Shown piece after piece: positions 1 through 12,508 of a stretch of DNA of 64,000 nucleotides. The translations under genes and the position numbers were made by a program. The notes under the pieces are model-generated. The model had not been told where the DNA came from, ran no database searches, and saw nothing but the letters and a program-made list of their open reading frames with translations. This stretch comes from Squalus acanthias (Eukaryota), in contig CM059433.1 in the NCBI GenBank assembly GCA_030390025.1, forward strand, positions 6,698,001 through 6,762,000. The letters are read 5' to 3'. How positions within the stretch are numbered: position 1 is the stretch's first letter; each line of letters begins with the position of its first letter.

Positions 1-1323
1 GCCTGAGGATTGGGAGAGCTTTAGAAACCAGCAAAGAATGACCAAAAAATTGATAAGGGAGAAAATAGAATGAGAGTAAACTAGCAAGAAATATAAAAAC
101 AGATTGCAAGAGCTTCTACAAGTATGTAAAAAAGAAGAGAGTAGCAAAAGTAAGTGTTGTTCCCTTAGAGGCTGAGACAGGAGAAATTATAATGGTGAAT
201 AAGGAAATGCAAGAGACTTTAAACAAATATTTTGTATCTGTCTTCACAGTAGAAGACACAAAAAGTATACCAAAAATAGTGTGGAACCAAGGGGCTAATG
301 AGAGTGAGGAACTTAAAGTAATTAATATCAATAGAGGAAAAAGTACTTGAGAAACTAATGGGACTAAAAGCTGACAAATCCCCTGGACCTGATGGCCTAC
401 ATCCTAGGGTTCTAAAAGAGGTGGCTGCAGAGATAGTGGATGCATTGGTTGTGATCTTCCAAAATTCCCTAGATTCTAGAACGGTTCCAGCGGATTAGAA
501 TGTAGCAAATGTAACTCCGCTATTTAAGAAAATAGGGAGAAAGAAAACGGGAAACTACAGGCCAGTTAGCCTGACATCAGCTGTCGGGAAACTGCTGGAA
601 TCCATTATTAAGGAAGTGGTAACAGAGCATTTAGAAAATCATAATATGATTGGGCAGAGTCAACATGGTTTTATGAAAGGGAAATCATGTTTAACAAATT
701 TATTACTGGAGTTTTTTGAGGATGTAACTAGCAGGGTAGATAAAGGGCAACCAGTGGCTGTAGTATATTTGGATTTCCAAAAGGCATTTGATAAGGTACC
801 ACATAAAAGGTTGTTATGCAAGATAAGGGCTCATGGGGTTGGGGGTAATATAGTAGCATGGATAGAGGATTGGTTAACGGACAGAAAACAGAGAGTAGGG
901 ATAAATGGGTAATTTTCAGGCTGGCAGGCTGTAATTAGTAGGGTGCTGCAAGGCTCAGTGCTTGGGCCTCAGCTATTTACAATTTATATTAATGATTTAG
1001 ATGAAGGGACCGAGTGTAATGTATCCAAGTTTGCTGATGATACAAAACTAGGTGGGACAGTAAGGAGAACACAAGGAGCCTGCAAAGGGATATGGACAGG
1101 TTAAGTGAGTGGGCAATAAGGTGGCAGATGGAGTACAATGTGGGGAAATGTGAGGATTTTCACTTTGGTAGGAAGAATAGAAAAACAGAATATTTTTTAA
1201 ATGGTGAGAAACTATTAAATGTTGGTGTTCAGAGAGATTTAGGTGTTCTCGAGCACAGAGTTAGCATGCTGGTACAACAAACAATTAGGAAGGCAAATGG
1301 CATGTTGGCCTTTATTGCACGGG
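1..1323 (+). mobile_element. CR1-clade LINE ORF2 fragment (reverse transcriptase), decayed
   Basis: QHGFMKGKSCLTNL, YLDFQKAFDKVPH and KFADD motifs with frameshifts. Confidence 0.9.
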
Positions 1324-1670
1324 AGTTATTTTAAGGTTCCATTTTACCGTTGGTATTTTGTCCTCTTCCTCCTCTGTGAAAATGGATATAGAGTACTCAT
1401 TTACCATGTCGACCATTTTCTTATCCATTATAGCCTTGCCCGCTTCTGTCTTTAATAGGCTCATATTCCCCTTTACCACTCTCTTTCTCTTAATAAGTAT
1501 ATTATATATATTTGCTGTTAGCTTTGATATCCCTTGCAAGTTTTTCATATTCCCTTCTTGCATTTCTTATTGCTTTCTTTGCATCCCTTTGTCGCTTTTT
1601 ATAATTCTCCCAGTCTGCTGGATTTCTGCTTTTCCTTGAATTTGTGTAAGACTTTTCTCTTAGCTTCATC
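1324..1670 (-). mobile_element. Older CR1 LINE fragment in opposite orientation
   Basis: Minus ORF ...KRKRVVKGNMSLLKTEAGKAIMDKKMVDMVNEYSISIFTEE resembles the CR1 EN-RT linker seen at 100-260 (+). Confidence 0.65.
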
Positions 1671-2457
1671 AAATGACCTGCCTGCTGTCCGCTTGCAGTA
1701 GCAAAACTTCACCACCTTCGGTGCAGGGGTTAACTGTCAGTAAATCAATAATTCAATCTTGGCATTCAGATGGCAAATACAATCTATTCTTTTACAAAGA
1801 TCCTCCTTGCCATGGTAGCAAATGTTTATTCTGGTCTTCAGACATTCAGATATGCCAAGATCTTTGGCATGTGGTGAGATTGAAGGAGAATTTTCTTATC
1901 CGAGTATGAAAACTGAGGTGTTCACATGGTAATATTGGTCTCAAATATGACAGGATTTCACCATCTTGAGATTGCTACTGGCTTTAGAAAAGCAACACAA
2001 AATCATTTTGATTGTGAATGTGGGATTACAGCTACAAAGTTTGATAGGTGGGTAAACCTACCCATGAGCAAGTTGGACCATAATATAAAATATTGTGGAA
2101 TTCCAGGCATACTCTTCACTTCCTGAAATTTCATGACTTAAAAAAAACCCACCCTCTTCTAGCCATAAATGGATGGGGGCTTCTACAAGTACATTTAGAA
2201 ATGTGTCCCCTTCTCTTTTTCAGATTCCATATCAATGGAAAAAATCCCTCTCCAAACTCCGCTCCAATTCTGTACGATTACTCTGAAGAGGAACTGATGG
2301 CCAGTATTGAAAAAGAATACAGCTGACCAGGAGTTAAAACCGGAATGAAATCGCGTCCATTCGACAGAATCCATGCACTTTACCAAAGTGAAAAGGAATG
2401 ACTTTAAATGTATTCAACACTTTGAAACAGTGTTGCAAAAATACATCAGTAACATAA

Positions 2458-2865
2458 AAGCAAAATACTGCGGATGCTGGAAATCTGAAATAAAAACAGA
2501 AAATGCTGGAAATACTCAGCAGGTCAGGCAGCATCTGTGGAGAGAGAAACAGAGTTAACGTTTCAGGTCGATGACCCTTCGTCAGAACTGGAAAAAGTTG
2601 GAGATGGAACAGGTTTTTAAGCAAGTGTAGGGGCAGGGAAAGGGGGGAGGGGAGGAAAGAACAAAAGGGAAGGTCTGTGATGGGGTGGAAGGCAGGAGAG
2701 ATTAAAAGACAAAAGGGATGATGGTGCAAGGCAAAAGGAGATGGTAATGGGACAAGTTAAGAAACAAAAGACTTCATCGACCTGAAACGTTAACTCTCTC
2801 TCTCTCTCTCTCTCTCTCCACAGATGCTGCCTGACCTGCTGAGTATTTCCAGCATTTTCTGTTTT
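2458..2865 (-). mobile_element. Penelope-like terminal fragment with inverted end and hammerhead motif
   Basis: 16-bp TSD tacatcagtaacataa (2442-2457 and 2866-2881); ~95-bp inverted terminal copies; CTGACGA...GAAA core at 2553-2590 (-). Confidence 0.8.
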
Positions 2866-3321
2866 TACATCAGTAACATAATTGTTTTGTATATCATTTT
2901 TTTTAAAGAATAAATGATTGTATAAGGAATATTCATTCAGTGTTGGACATTAACAGTTACTGAGTATCAGTGATTGTTTTTCTGAAGCTGGATTTTAAAC
3001 CGGTTCATGGATGTATTGACGATTAGTAATGGCCAGAGGCAGATACACATACTTTGCGAGGGATGTGTGATCACAGTAGGTGCTTTGTACACACAACTGA
3101 ACAGCAGTAAAAAGCCAACTGTTCAATATTTTAAATGTAAAAGGGCAAGTTATCTGCTGCAGGTTATTACATTCAAAATGCGGTAAGACCTATTGGCAAA
3201 GTAGCAATTTAATCAATAAATATACCTTGATGTTTACTTCAGAATAATTCACAATTGGACCACAACAGGCAGCCACTTTGGCTAATCAGTAACTAGGCTG
3301 CAGCATGCAATGAAACACAAA

Positions 3322-4040
3322 GGCCCGTAATTTCCGATAGGATGCTTCCTGCGTGTGGAGGCCTCCTCTCGGGTGGGGGGGGGGGGGAATCTACGCCCTT
3401 ACCTGAGGGCTCCCAAGGTCCGGACACTTCCACTCCTGGGCCTCTCCACAGTCGAAATGCGCAGGGCCCACGTATCCCAGAGGCGCAGGCGGTTCACAAG
3501 CATCCCTGGGATCACGTGGGTCAGACCAGCCAATAGCAGAAGGGAATCTCCCTTCATACACTTAACAGATAGACCCGTCAAATATATGAATGGAGATCAC
3601 CCCAAAAACACAGTAAAACATTAAATACATTTTTTTTAAACCATCACGTTTTTAAAATGAGTTAAAATTACAATAAATTAAATATTTTAAAAATTTAATT
3701 TTTTGAAAAAAATAAGTTTTTTATGGGGCTAAAAATAAATATACCTTTTTTAAAAATGAGTGAAATTTTTTTTTTTTTACTTTTTTCAACTCTTATGCTT
3801 TTACCAGGCGTAAGATTTCTAAGTGATTTCAGCAGGCGGAGGTTCTCCAGAAAGCGGAACTATCCGCCCGCAGAGGTTCTTCTCCAGGGCAGGCGTGCAA
3901 TCTGTCAAGAGCTTTCTTGGCAGAGCGGAAATACCGGTTTTCAGCGCATGCGCATTGCATGCCTGAAACCGGCACTTGCGATGTCCCTACGGGTGTGTAC
4001 ACAGCCCGTACACACCCGTAGGCATCGGAAAATACGGACC
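3322..4040. mobile_element. PIF/Harbinger-type MITE
   Basis: TIRs ggcccgtaatttccgat / atcggaaaatacggacc; 3-bp aaa flanks; internal similarity to 33309-34069. Confidence 0.75.
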
Positions 4041-4614
4041 AAAATCTTCCTGTTCCTCGGGTGTGTGACCACTTTCCTTGACCTTTTGATTTCTCTCAAA
4101 AGCTGACCACCTGCAGTCTTTACGGTAGAAGTGTTTTAGGACAGTTGAGAAAATGTTACACACAACCTGAAGCTGCACCTTTCCCTTTCTTCCTTACCCC
4201 CCGTCCGCCGCACTTAAACATGCACCAGGCCCATTGCACCCAGCTTGGTGCATTTTGTTTTGTGGGAAGTCCATTTAAAAAAATGATCGAGTACCCTATC
4301 GCTATTTCTCAAATATGGTCCTTTTTATGAAATATTCTGTACATATTGCTCAAATACAAATCTTTCTCTGTCAACAGAGAGCTGACTTGCCTCCGCTGCA
4401 AATATTAACATGCAGCAAATGTTTAATTTGATGGAGAAGCAAATCTACCCTTGGATGAAGTGTAGGCCCCTCATTAACATATGCAAGGGGCCTAATGCCT
4501 GTTTTAGGTGGCCGGCAGGGACCTAACAGTTTTAGTGAGGAAAATTGCCACCTCCCAATCTGTGCCGCCCATGATTTTTAGATGAGTTGACATGGAACTT
4601 GCATTGCACTGCCA

Positions 4615-5600
4615 AGGGCAGTGTCCCAGGCACAACTGTCTTCAGCTGTTTCATCAATGACCTTCCCTCCATCATAGGGTCAGAAATGGGGATGTTTGCT
4701 GATGACTGCACAGTGTTCAGTTCCATTCGCAACTCCTCAGATAATGAAGCAGTCCATACCCGCATGCAGCAAGACCTGGACAACATTCAGGCTTGGGCTG
4801 ATAAGTGGCAAGTAACATATGCGCCACACAAGTGCCAGGCAATTACTATCTCCAACAAGAGAGCTTCTAACCACCGCCCCTTGACATTCAACGGCATTAC
4901 CATCGCCGAGTCCCCCAACATCAACATCCTGGGGGGTTACCGTTGACCAGAAACTTAACTGGACCAGCCACATAAATACTGTGGCAACAAGAGCAGGTCA
5001 GAGGCTGGGTATTCTGCGGTGTGTGTCTCACCTCCTTACTCCCCAAAGCCATTCCACCATCTACAAGACACAAGTTAGGAGTGTAATGGGATACTCTCCA
5101 CTTGCCTGAATGAGTGCAATTCCAACAGCACTTAAGAAGCTCGACACCACCCAGGACAAAGCAGCCCATTTGATTGGCACCCCATCCACCACCTTAAACA
5201 TTTACTCCCTCCACCACCGGCACACCGTGGCTGCAGTGTGTACCATCTACAAGATGCATTGCAGCAACTTGCCAAGGCTTCTGCGACAGCACCTCCCAAA
5301 CCCACAACCTCTTCCACCTAGAAGGACAAGAGCAGCAGGCGCATGGGAACACCACCACCTCCAAGTTCCCCTCCAAGTCACACACCATCCTGACTTAGGA
5401 ATACATCGGCCTTTCCTTCATTGTTGCTGGATCAAAATCCTGGAACTCCCTCCCTAACAGCACTATGAGAGTAGTTTCACCACACAGACTGCAGCGGTTC
5501 AATAAGGCGGCTCACCACCACCTACTCAAGGGCAACTAGGGATGGGCAATAAATGCTGGCCTTGCCAGTGACGCCCACATTCCATGAACGAATAAAAAAA
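4615..5600 (+). mobile_element. CR1/L2-group LINE (family B), 3' part
   Basis: MFADD RT motif, QAWADKWQVT; 3' end ...cccacattccatgaacgaataaaaaaa shared with other copies in the window. Confidence 0.85.
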
Positions 5601-5869
5601 ATTTTGACCTCTATTTGAATATATTCATTAGGCAGCCTGTGGGCCACCCGAGCTTCAATCTCAACCACCATCCCCACCCCACCACCCCCTCGCCATGAGT
5701 TGCTGAACAATTTACACATTAATGATGGCGAGTGACATTAAACTTTTAGGCAGCAAAATCTGGGCCATTAATTAATTTTACTTCAAACTTCGAAAGCTTA
5801 TAATGGAATAGGTGCTACTCAATATAATTATTCCATTATAACTTTCGAAGTTTGAAGTAAAATTAATCA

Positions 5870-8800
5870 TGAGGGACTTTAAAGGAATTGTGGGGGACTT
5901 TAATCTACATATAGACTGGGCAAACCAAATTTGCAGTAATAGTGTGGAGGACGAATTCATGGAATGTATACAAGATAGTTTTCTAGATCAGTATGTTGAG
6001 GAACCAACTAAGGAACAGATTATTTTAGATCTAGTATTGTGCAATGAGAAAGGGTTAATTAATAACCTTGTAGTAAAGGGGCCCTTAGGGAAGAGTGACC
6101 ATATGATAGAATTTTATATTAAGTTCGAAAGTGATTTAGTTAAATCCGAAACTAGGGTCTTAAATCTAAATAAAGCAAATTACGTAGGTATGAGGGGCGA
6201 GTTAGCTAAGGTAGATTGGGAAACTACATAAAGAGGTAAGACAGTAGACAAACAATGGCTAGCATTTTATAATTAATACATAATTTACAGCAAATATACA
6301 TTCCTTTAAGGCACAAAAACCCCACAGGAAAAGTGGTCCAACCGTGGCTAACAAGAGAAGTTAAAGATAGTATTAGATCAAAGTAAGAGGCTTATAATGT
6401 TGCCAAAAAGAGTAGTAAGCCTGAGGATTGGGAGGATTAGGGAATTCAGCAAAGGAGGACCAAGAAATTGATAAAGAAAGGGAAAATAGGATATGAGAGT
6501 AAACTAACAAGAGACATAAAAACAGACTGTAAAAGCTTCTATAGGTATGTAAAAAGGAAAATATTAGAGAAAGTAAATGTGGGTCCCTTACAGGCTGAGA
6601 CAGGAGAAATTATAATGGGGAATAAGGAAATGGCAGAGAAATTAAACAAATACTTTGGGCTGGACTTTGCCAATGGGGAGCTTTTGGAGGCGGGACTCCC
6701 ACTTGTCGGGTTTCAGTCCCGCCTCCATCAACTTCTGGCCAACCCACGCTATTTTCCCTTGATGACCTTGTTAAGCCCGCCCAGTGGGCTTAGCAGGCCA
6801 ATTAAGGGAAAGCCAGTTACAGAGAACGTCAACGTATGACGTTGCATCTGTCAAAAATTTTTGACAGATGAATTGTCATCGTTTGACAGCTCTGCGAAGC
6901 TGTCAAACACTGACATTCTCTGTAGTTTGATGAGTTCTTGAATTCAAGACTGATCAAAGCTCTTTTGCAGAAATTAGATGGTTGTTGCATTGGAGAATGC
7001 AATGGCCATCTGTCATCTCTGCCGCGGAGGTGCGAGACTCTCCGCGTACCCACCGACTGAAGCCTGCAGGAAGAAACAAAGGTAAGTAAACTTTTTCTAT
7101 CGCTTTCCACTTACCTCACATACCTACCTCTCCACACTTGCACCCATCACTTACCTTCACACGCACTTTTGCACCCCTCCGACCCCCGCAGACCCACTGC
7201 TCGCCTCGGTGACCCTGGAGGGGTTCGGAGCCTTCGGGAAGCCCGCACTTGTGTGGGTAAAATGGGGATAATCCTCTTATCTGCCTGTTAACTACCTGTT
7301 AACTGGCAGATAAGTGGCACTAATCCCCTTCCCGTCTCCAAGGAGATGGGATCCGGTGCGGGTCGGATACCCGCCTCCTGGCAAGATGGCACGGAGGTGG
7401 GTTGGGGGCGGGTGGCAGTCCTGCCTCCCCAGGGCTGGCAAGATCGCACCCTTTGTGTCTGTCTTCACGGAAGAAGACGCAAAAAACTTCCCGGAAATAG
7501 TGGAGAACCAAGGCTCCAGTGAGAATGAGGAACTGAAAGAAATTAGGATTAGTAAAATAAAGTACTGGAAAAATTAATGGTACTGAAAGCCAATAAATCC
7601 CCTGGACCTGATGGCCTACATCCTAGGGTTTTAAAAGAGGTGGCTATAGAGATAGTGAATGCATTGATTGTCATTTTCCAAAATTCCATAGATTCTAGAA
7701 CACTTCCCACAGATTGGAAGGTAGCAAATGTAACCCCACCTTTTAAGAAAGGAGTGAGAGAGAAAATGGGGAAGTACAGACCAGTTAGCCTGTCAATAGT
7801 AGTAGGGAAAATGCTAGAATCTATTATTAAGAACGTGGTAACAGGGCACTTAGAAAATAATAATAGGATTGGGCAGAGTCTACACAGATTTATGAAAGGA
7901 AAATCGTGTTTGACAAATCTGAGAGTTTTTGAGGTTGTAACTAGCAGAATAGATAAGGGGGAACCAGTGGATGTGGTATATTTGGATTTTCAGAAGGCAT
8001 TCGATAAGGAGCCACACAAGAGGTTATTAAACAAAATTAGGGCTCAAGAAATTGGGGGTAATTTACTAGCATGGATTGAGGATTGGTTAATGGACAGAAA
8101 ACAGAGATTGGGTATAAACGGGTCATTTTTGGGTTGGCAGGCTGTGACTAGTGGGGTACCGCAAGGATCAGTGCTTGGGCCTCAGCTATTCACAATCTAT
8201 ATCAATGATTTGGATGAGGGGACCAAATGTAATATATCCAAGTTTGCTGATGATACAAAGCTAGGTGGGAATGTAAGTTGTGAGGAGGATGCAAAGAGGC
8301 TTCAAGGGGATATAGACAGGCTAAGTGAGTGGGCAAGAACATGGCAAATGGAATATAATGTGGAGAAATGTGAAGTTATCCACTTTGGTAGGAAAAATAG
8401 AAAAGCAGAGTATTTTTTAAATAGTGAGAGATTGGGAAATGTTGGTGTTCAGAGGGACCTGGGTGTCCTTGTATACGAATCACTGAAAGTTACGTGCAGG
8501 TACAGCAAGCAATTAGGAAAGCAAATGGTATGTTGGCCTTTATTACAAGAGGATTTGAGTATAAGAGTAAAGATGTCTTACTGCAATTATATAGGGCCAC
8601 ACCTGGGAGTATTGTATCCAATTTTGGTCTCCTTACCTAAGGAAGGATATACTTGCCATAGAGGGAGTGCAACGAAGGTTCACCAGACTGATTCCTGGGA
8701 TGGGGGTCTGTCCTATGAGGAGAGATTGAGTAGACTAGGCCTATATTCTCTGGAGTTCAGAAGAATGAAAGGTGATCTCATTGAAACATACAAAATTCTT

Positions 8801-8958
8801 ACAGGGCTTGACAGGGTAGACGCAGGGAGGATGTTTCACCTGGCTGGGGAGTCTAGAACCAGGGGTCACAGTCTCAGAATAAGGGGTCGGCCATTTAGGA
8901 CTGAGATGAGGAAAAATTTCTTCACTTAGAGGGTGGTGAATCTTTGGAAGTCTCTACG
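5870..8958 (+). mobile_element. CR1 LINE ORF2 (APE endonuclease and RT), interrupted by a MITE
   Basis: GDFN, ILDLVL and SDH endonuclease motifs; 450-aa RT ORF 7577..8929; sequence resumes in register after the 6657-7451 insertion. Confidence 0.92.
6657..7451. mobile_element. PIF/Harbinger-type MITE nested in CR1
   Basis: TTT TSD (6654-6656 and 7452-7454); imperfect TIRs gggctggactttgcca / tggcaagatcgcaccc. Confidence 0.8.
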
Positions 8959-9461
8959 CTGGATGCACTATGTCATGAAATGGGATGTTTTAGACAGATA
9001 CCACATTTTCTGTGAATTCTTCTTGTCCTCATTACAGCTGTGAACCAATGATTTCTTTTCTAAATGGATGACACATGCCTGTCGCTATCCTGAACAGGAT
9101 GTTCCATACAGCTACTCGCAATTTGTCTAATTGATAGTCCTACTGAAAACAACATGTATAATTTCATGAGAGAAAAGTGTAAATGCTGGACATCTAAAAT
9201 AAGGTGTAAAGTTCCATACTGTCTGAGCGCCATTAAATATATAATGCAATTACAAATCTGTGCACTTTTTTAAAAAGTGTATAATTTCAATTCTTCGCCT
9301 GTTAATTGTTGATTTCAGTAGGCTGGAGACTAACAGGAGAGTGCGCAAAACCTTTGCTTAAAAAGCCACTCCTGGCAAGAAAACAATTCAATGTTCCTCC
9401 TGTATTGGGAAAAACAAAATAAAAATTCCTATGTTTTTCATCTGTTATACATGAAAATTGT

Positions 9462-9467
9462 TTTATT
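9462..9467 (-). promoter_or_regulatory. KLF11: Candidate KLF11 polyadenylation signal AATAAA
   Basis: tttatt on the + strand about 370 nt after the stop codon, in AU-rich 3' UTR. Confidence 0.45.
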
Positions 9468-9839
9468 AAATAGAGGAAGTATACAATGTGCATAGCAAAT
9501 ACTATTTACAATACACTTAAATGTTTACAATATGATTATTATTTTCCATGCTGAACATTCGTGGAATTTTCCCCCCGTGCATTACAAATGAAAGGAAAAT
9601 TCCACCCTTATGCTTGCCAGATTTTCATGTTCAACCAGTTTACAAATGTATCTTCTTACTACTCACATACATCGGAAAGAAAAATGAACTCATACTTGAG
9701 AATCCAGTAAAACATGCAGCATTTAGAATTGCTTTAAAAGTCCATCAGACAACAGCTGCTTGTTCAGTTCCTGCTGACAATTTACTCAGTTTTAATTTTC
9801 TGAAGACATAGTGCAAAATTCGTCTGTAAGTTATCTCAT

Positions 9840-10144
9840 TTAGGCGGAAGTCGGCGCAGGAATCAATACGCTTGTCATAGGGAGGACAGGATTCCTGACA
9901 GGCGGCGCGGAGGTGGCAATTTTATTCAGTTTGTTAACCTCAGCCTGCCAGTTGGGTACTTTCTTTGTGGTCATATGACGACGAGCGTGTTTTGTGAGGT
10001 GGTCACTGCGCATGAAGCGTCGATCACAAACGGGGCACATGAACTTCTTCTCTCCAGTGTGAGTCCTGCGGTGTCGGGAAAGCTCATCTGAGCGTGCAAA
10101 CTTTTTGTCACACCCTTCCCAGTTACAGTTAAACGGTTTCTCAC
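9840..10144 (-). CDS. KLF11: KLF11 exon 4 (zinc fingers 2-3 and stop); spliced CDS 1596 nt = 531 aa
   Basis: [57 protein letters not shown]...WQAEVNKLN; ttacag acceptor; TAA at 9842-9840. Confidence 0.96.
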
Positions 10145-11014
10145 CTGTAAAGATAAAACCGATCATTAGTGCACAATTCCAGCCCTTCACCTAAGTTTCT
10201 TAAAAGGAATTCTACCACACCATCTATTAAACGTAAACCATAGTTTAGATTAAGGAGCTTAATTTTGCTTTGCTGAAATGCATTTAAAATTGGTTCGTCT
10301 CCGGTGGCGATGTTCATGGGTTGCAAAATAAATATAATGGGGGTAGGTGACCATGTCTTGCTGGTAAGTGGCGGAGTTCCTCTAGACCCAGTTAGGCCTC
10401 TGGAAATAAACAATAACAGAGGAATGTGGAATATTAAAAGAGGCAAGTGTATGGGTAACTTTCAGCGTTTATGGGGGAATTATAAAATGTTTATTGGCTT
10501 GCTATCTTATACATGTTATTTATACAGCTACATATTTAACTTAGTCAGAACTAAAAAGTGACTAAAACCAATGAACAGTTAAATGCAGAGATGTTTAATA
10601 TTGTAGTCTTTCAGGTAGTTGCTTTTTGCTTTTCTGTGGTGTATATATCAGAAAATTGATATGCTTATACAGTTTATTTGAGCCAATGAGTAAAGCATTA
10701 CACTTGGGTTTTTTATTCTACAGACAGATTTAGGTGATACTTTATACATTTAATATGTGACGTGCAATATGTTAGACTTTTAATTACACAGACAGATGTA
10801 CATGAACGTTATCACTTAAAATTTATCTAATTTGCTTCTAAAATCAGTTGATGCAATGGAAGTAAGAACTGCATATGAAAAGAAATTGTAATAAAATATA
10901 CAATCTTTGAGGTTAAAAAATGTATCATTTACATTTCAAAATTGAGATCACTTACATTGCAACGGCGGATTTTATGACATTGCATTATATTATTATGCTC
11001 AAATTAAAGTATAC

Positions 11015-11996
11015 CTGTGTGAGTTCGGAGATGTGCTTTTAAGTGTGAACTCTTGAAGTAGGTCTTTCTGCACCCAGTAAAGTTGCAGATGTAATTACGC
11101 CTTCTAGAGAAATCCATCTGTGGCACACAGTTTTGGCCTGACGAGACAAAGACTGGAGCAGGAGCAAGTGGCAGTAACTTTGTGTTGCCAACTGTCATGA
11201 CCGTCTGTTGACCTGCAGATGGTGGTGTGAGAGATGGCTGCGGAAGCACAAACATCACAGTCCCTTGTGGCATGGATGTTCCCACCAGAACAGGTTGAGA
11301 AACTGGAGCCGTCTGGGTAAGTGCAGGCTTTACACAGTTGGTCTGTGTTTGGATGAATGCTGAAATGACACCTCCCCCTCCTCCTCTTCCTCCTCCTCCT
11401 CCTCCATTCACTGGAAACATCTGACAGATAACTGGAGTGTTTGCCACAGGTACCGGTGGTAAGCGTGCTGGTAAAGACCTGACTAGGTTCTGATGTTCAG
11501 TTTCAACTTTGTTTGGTGCACAAGGCAGTGCTAAGGAGGGCACGGCTCGCTGTTGGTCCTTGGTAACTGGGCTGGTGAAATCCTGCTGCAAACAGCATTT
11601 ACTTTCAAAATCTGTGGAGGTACACGTGTCCTTAATGTGCTTACATTGGTTCGATACTTTTCCTCTCACCTCTGTCCTAAGATCTTGGCTACTTGAGTCT
11701 AGTCTTTCAATCACTGGTGATGAAGGAATACGGTTGCAAGGAGAATTATCAGCAGTGTGGCGGATGACACTAGTAGCCACCGACCTGCAGTGATGAGCAA
11801 CAGTTTGTTCAGCTGAAGGAGGCTTCTTGCATGAAAACTCCTGAATGTTCACTAAAGCAGGCTTTGCAGTCATAGTGCATACTGAGTAGACTCCAGTGTT
11901 TGCAGTGACTGTTTTTGGCTTTGTGTAAGTAAGTTGTGGCACTGGGGCAGCATTACCTGGTTCAACAACACCAGGACTGTGTGGTGGTGTCATACA
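11015..11996 (-). CDS. KLF11: KLF11 exon 3 (repression domains and zinc finger 1)
   Basis: [32 protein letters not shown] and [30 protein letters not shown]; ttacag acceptor and gtatac donor; 982 nt, ends in phase 1. Confidence 0.95.
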
Positions 11997-12250
11997 CTGT
12001 AAAGACAAAGGAAACTTTAAGCTTAGTTTGAAGTCAGAACAAGGTCAATGCTGTTCCTTCCTCATCTACTATGCACACAAATATGTTCTTATTCTTTTAT
12101 TTCCTTTGATCCTAAAGATATTACATCAACACCTGCAATTGCAATTACAGTTACAAACCATAAGCTCATAAATTGAAATCGCTGCCAAGATTAACATGTT
12201 TGTTTTTGATTCCATAAAATAGGCATCATTTAGAACAATTGTATACTTAC

Positions 12251-12508
12251 AAGTAAAGAAAATGAGTGGTAATCCCTCGGCAACATTGGGGGTACAGATT
12301 CACAGTGCACAGAATCGGTGTCTGAAGCAGGTGTAAGTGGTCGAATTTTTGAGAGATCCCCTTTTTGTGTCCTTTGACCCCAGGAACTCATACAAACAAG
12401 AGCCTCCACAGCTTCGATATCATTCTGTTCCAATGTACTGCCAGAGGACCTTTCACTGTCATGACGTTTCCTTTCTAGTATCGACTCATAAATGTCCATG
12501 ATTTCAAC
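12251..12508 (-). CDS. KLF11: KLF11 exon 2 (Sin3-interaction domain)
   Basis: [21 protein letters not shown]...[17 protein letters not shown]...IRPLTP matches the KLF11 N-terminus; cag acceptor and gtaagt donor; 258 nt. Confidence 0.95.

Noticed and set aside
2998..3005. AACCGGTT grainyhead binding consensus
   Set aside because: A single 8-mer in 64 kb is roughly what chance predicts; no supporting context
7577..8929. 450-aa ORF as an active or domesticated reverse transcriptase
   Set aside because: An internal frameshifted segment, upstream stops, a MITE insertion and a missing 3' tail indicate a dead CR1 copy
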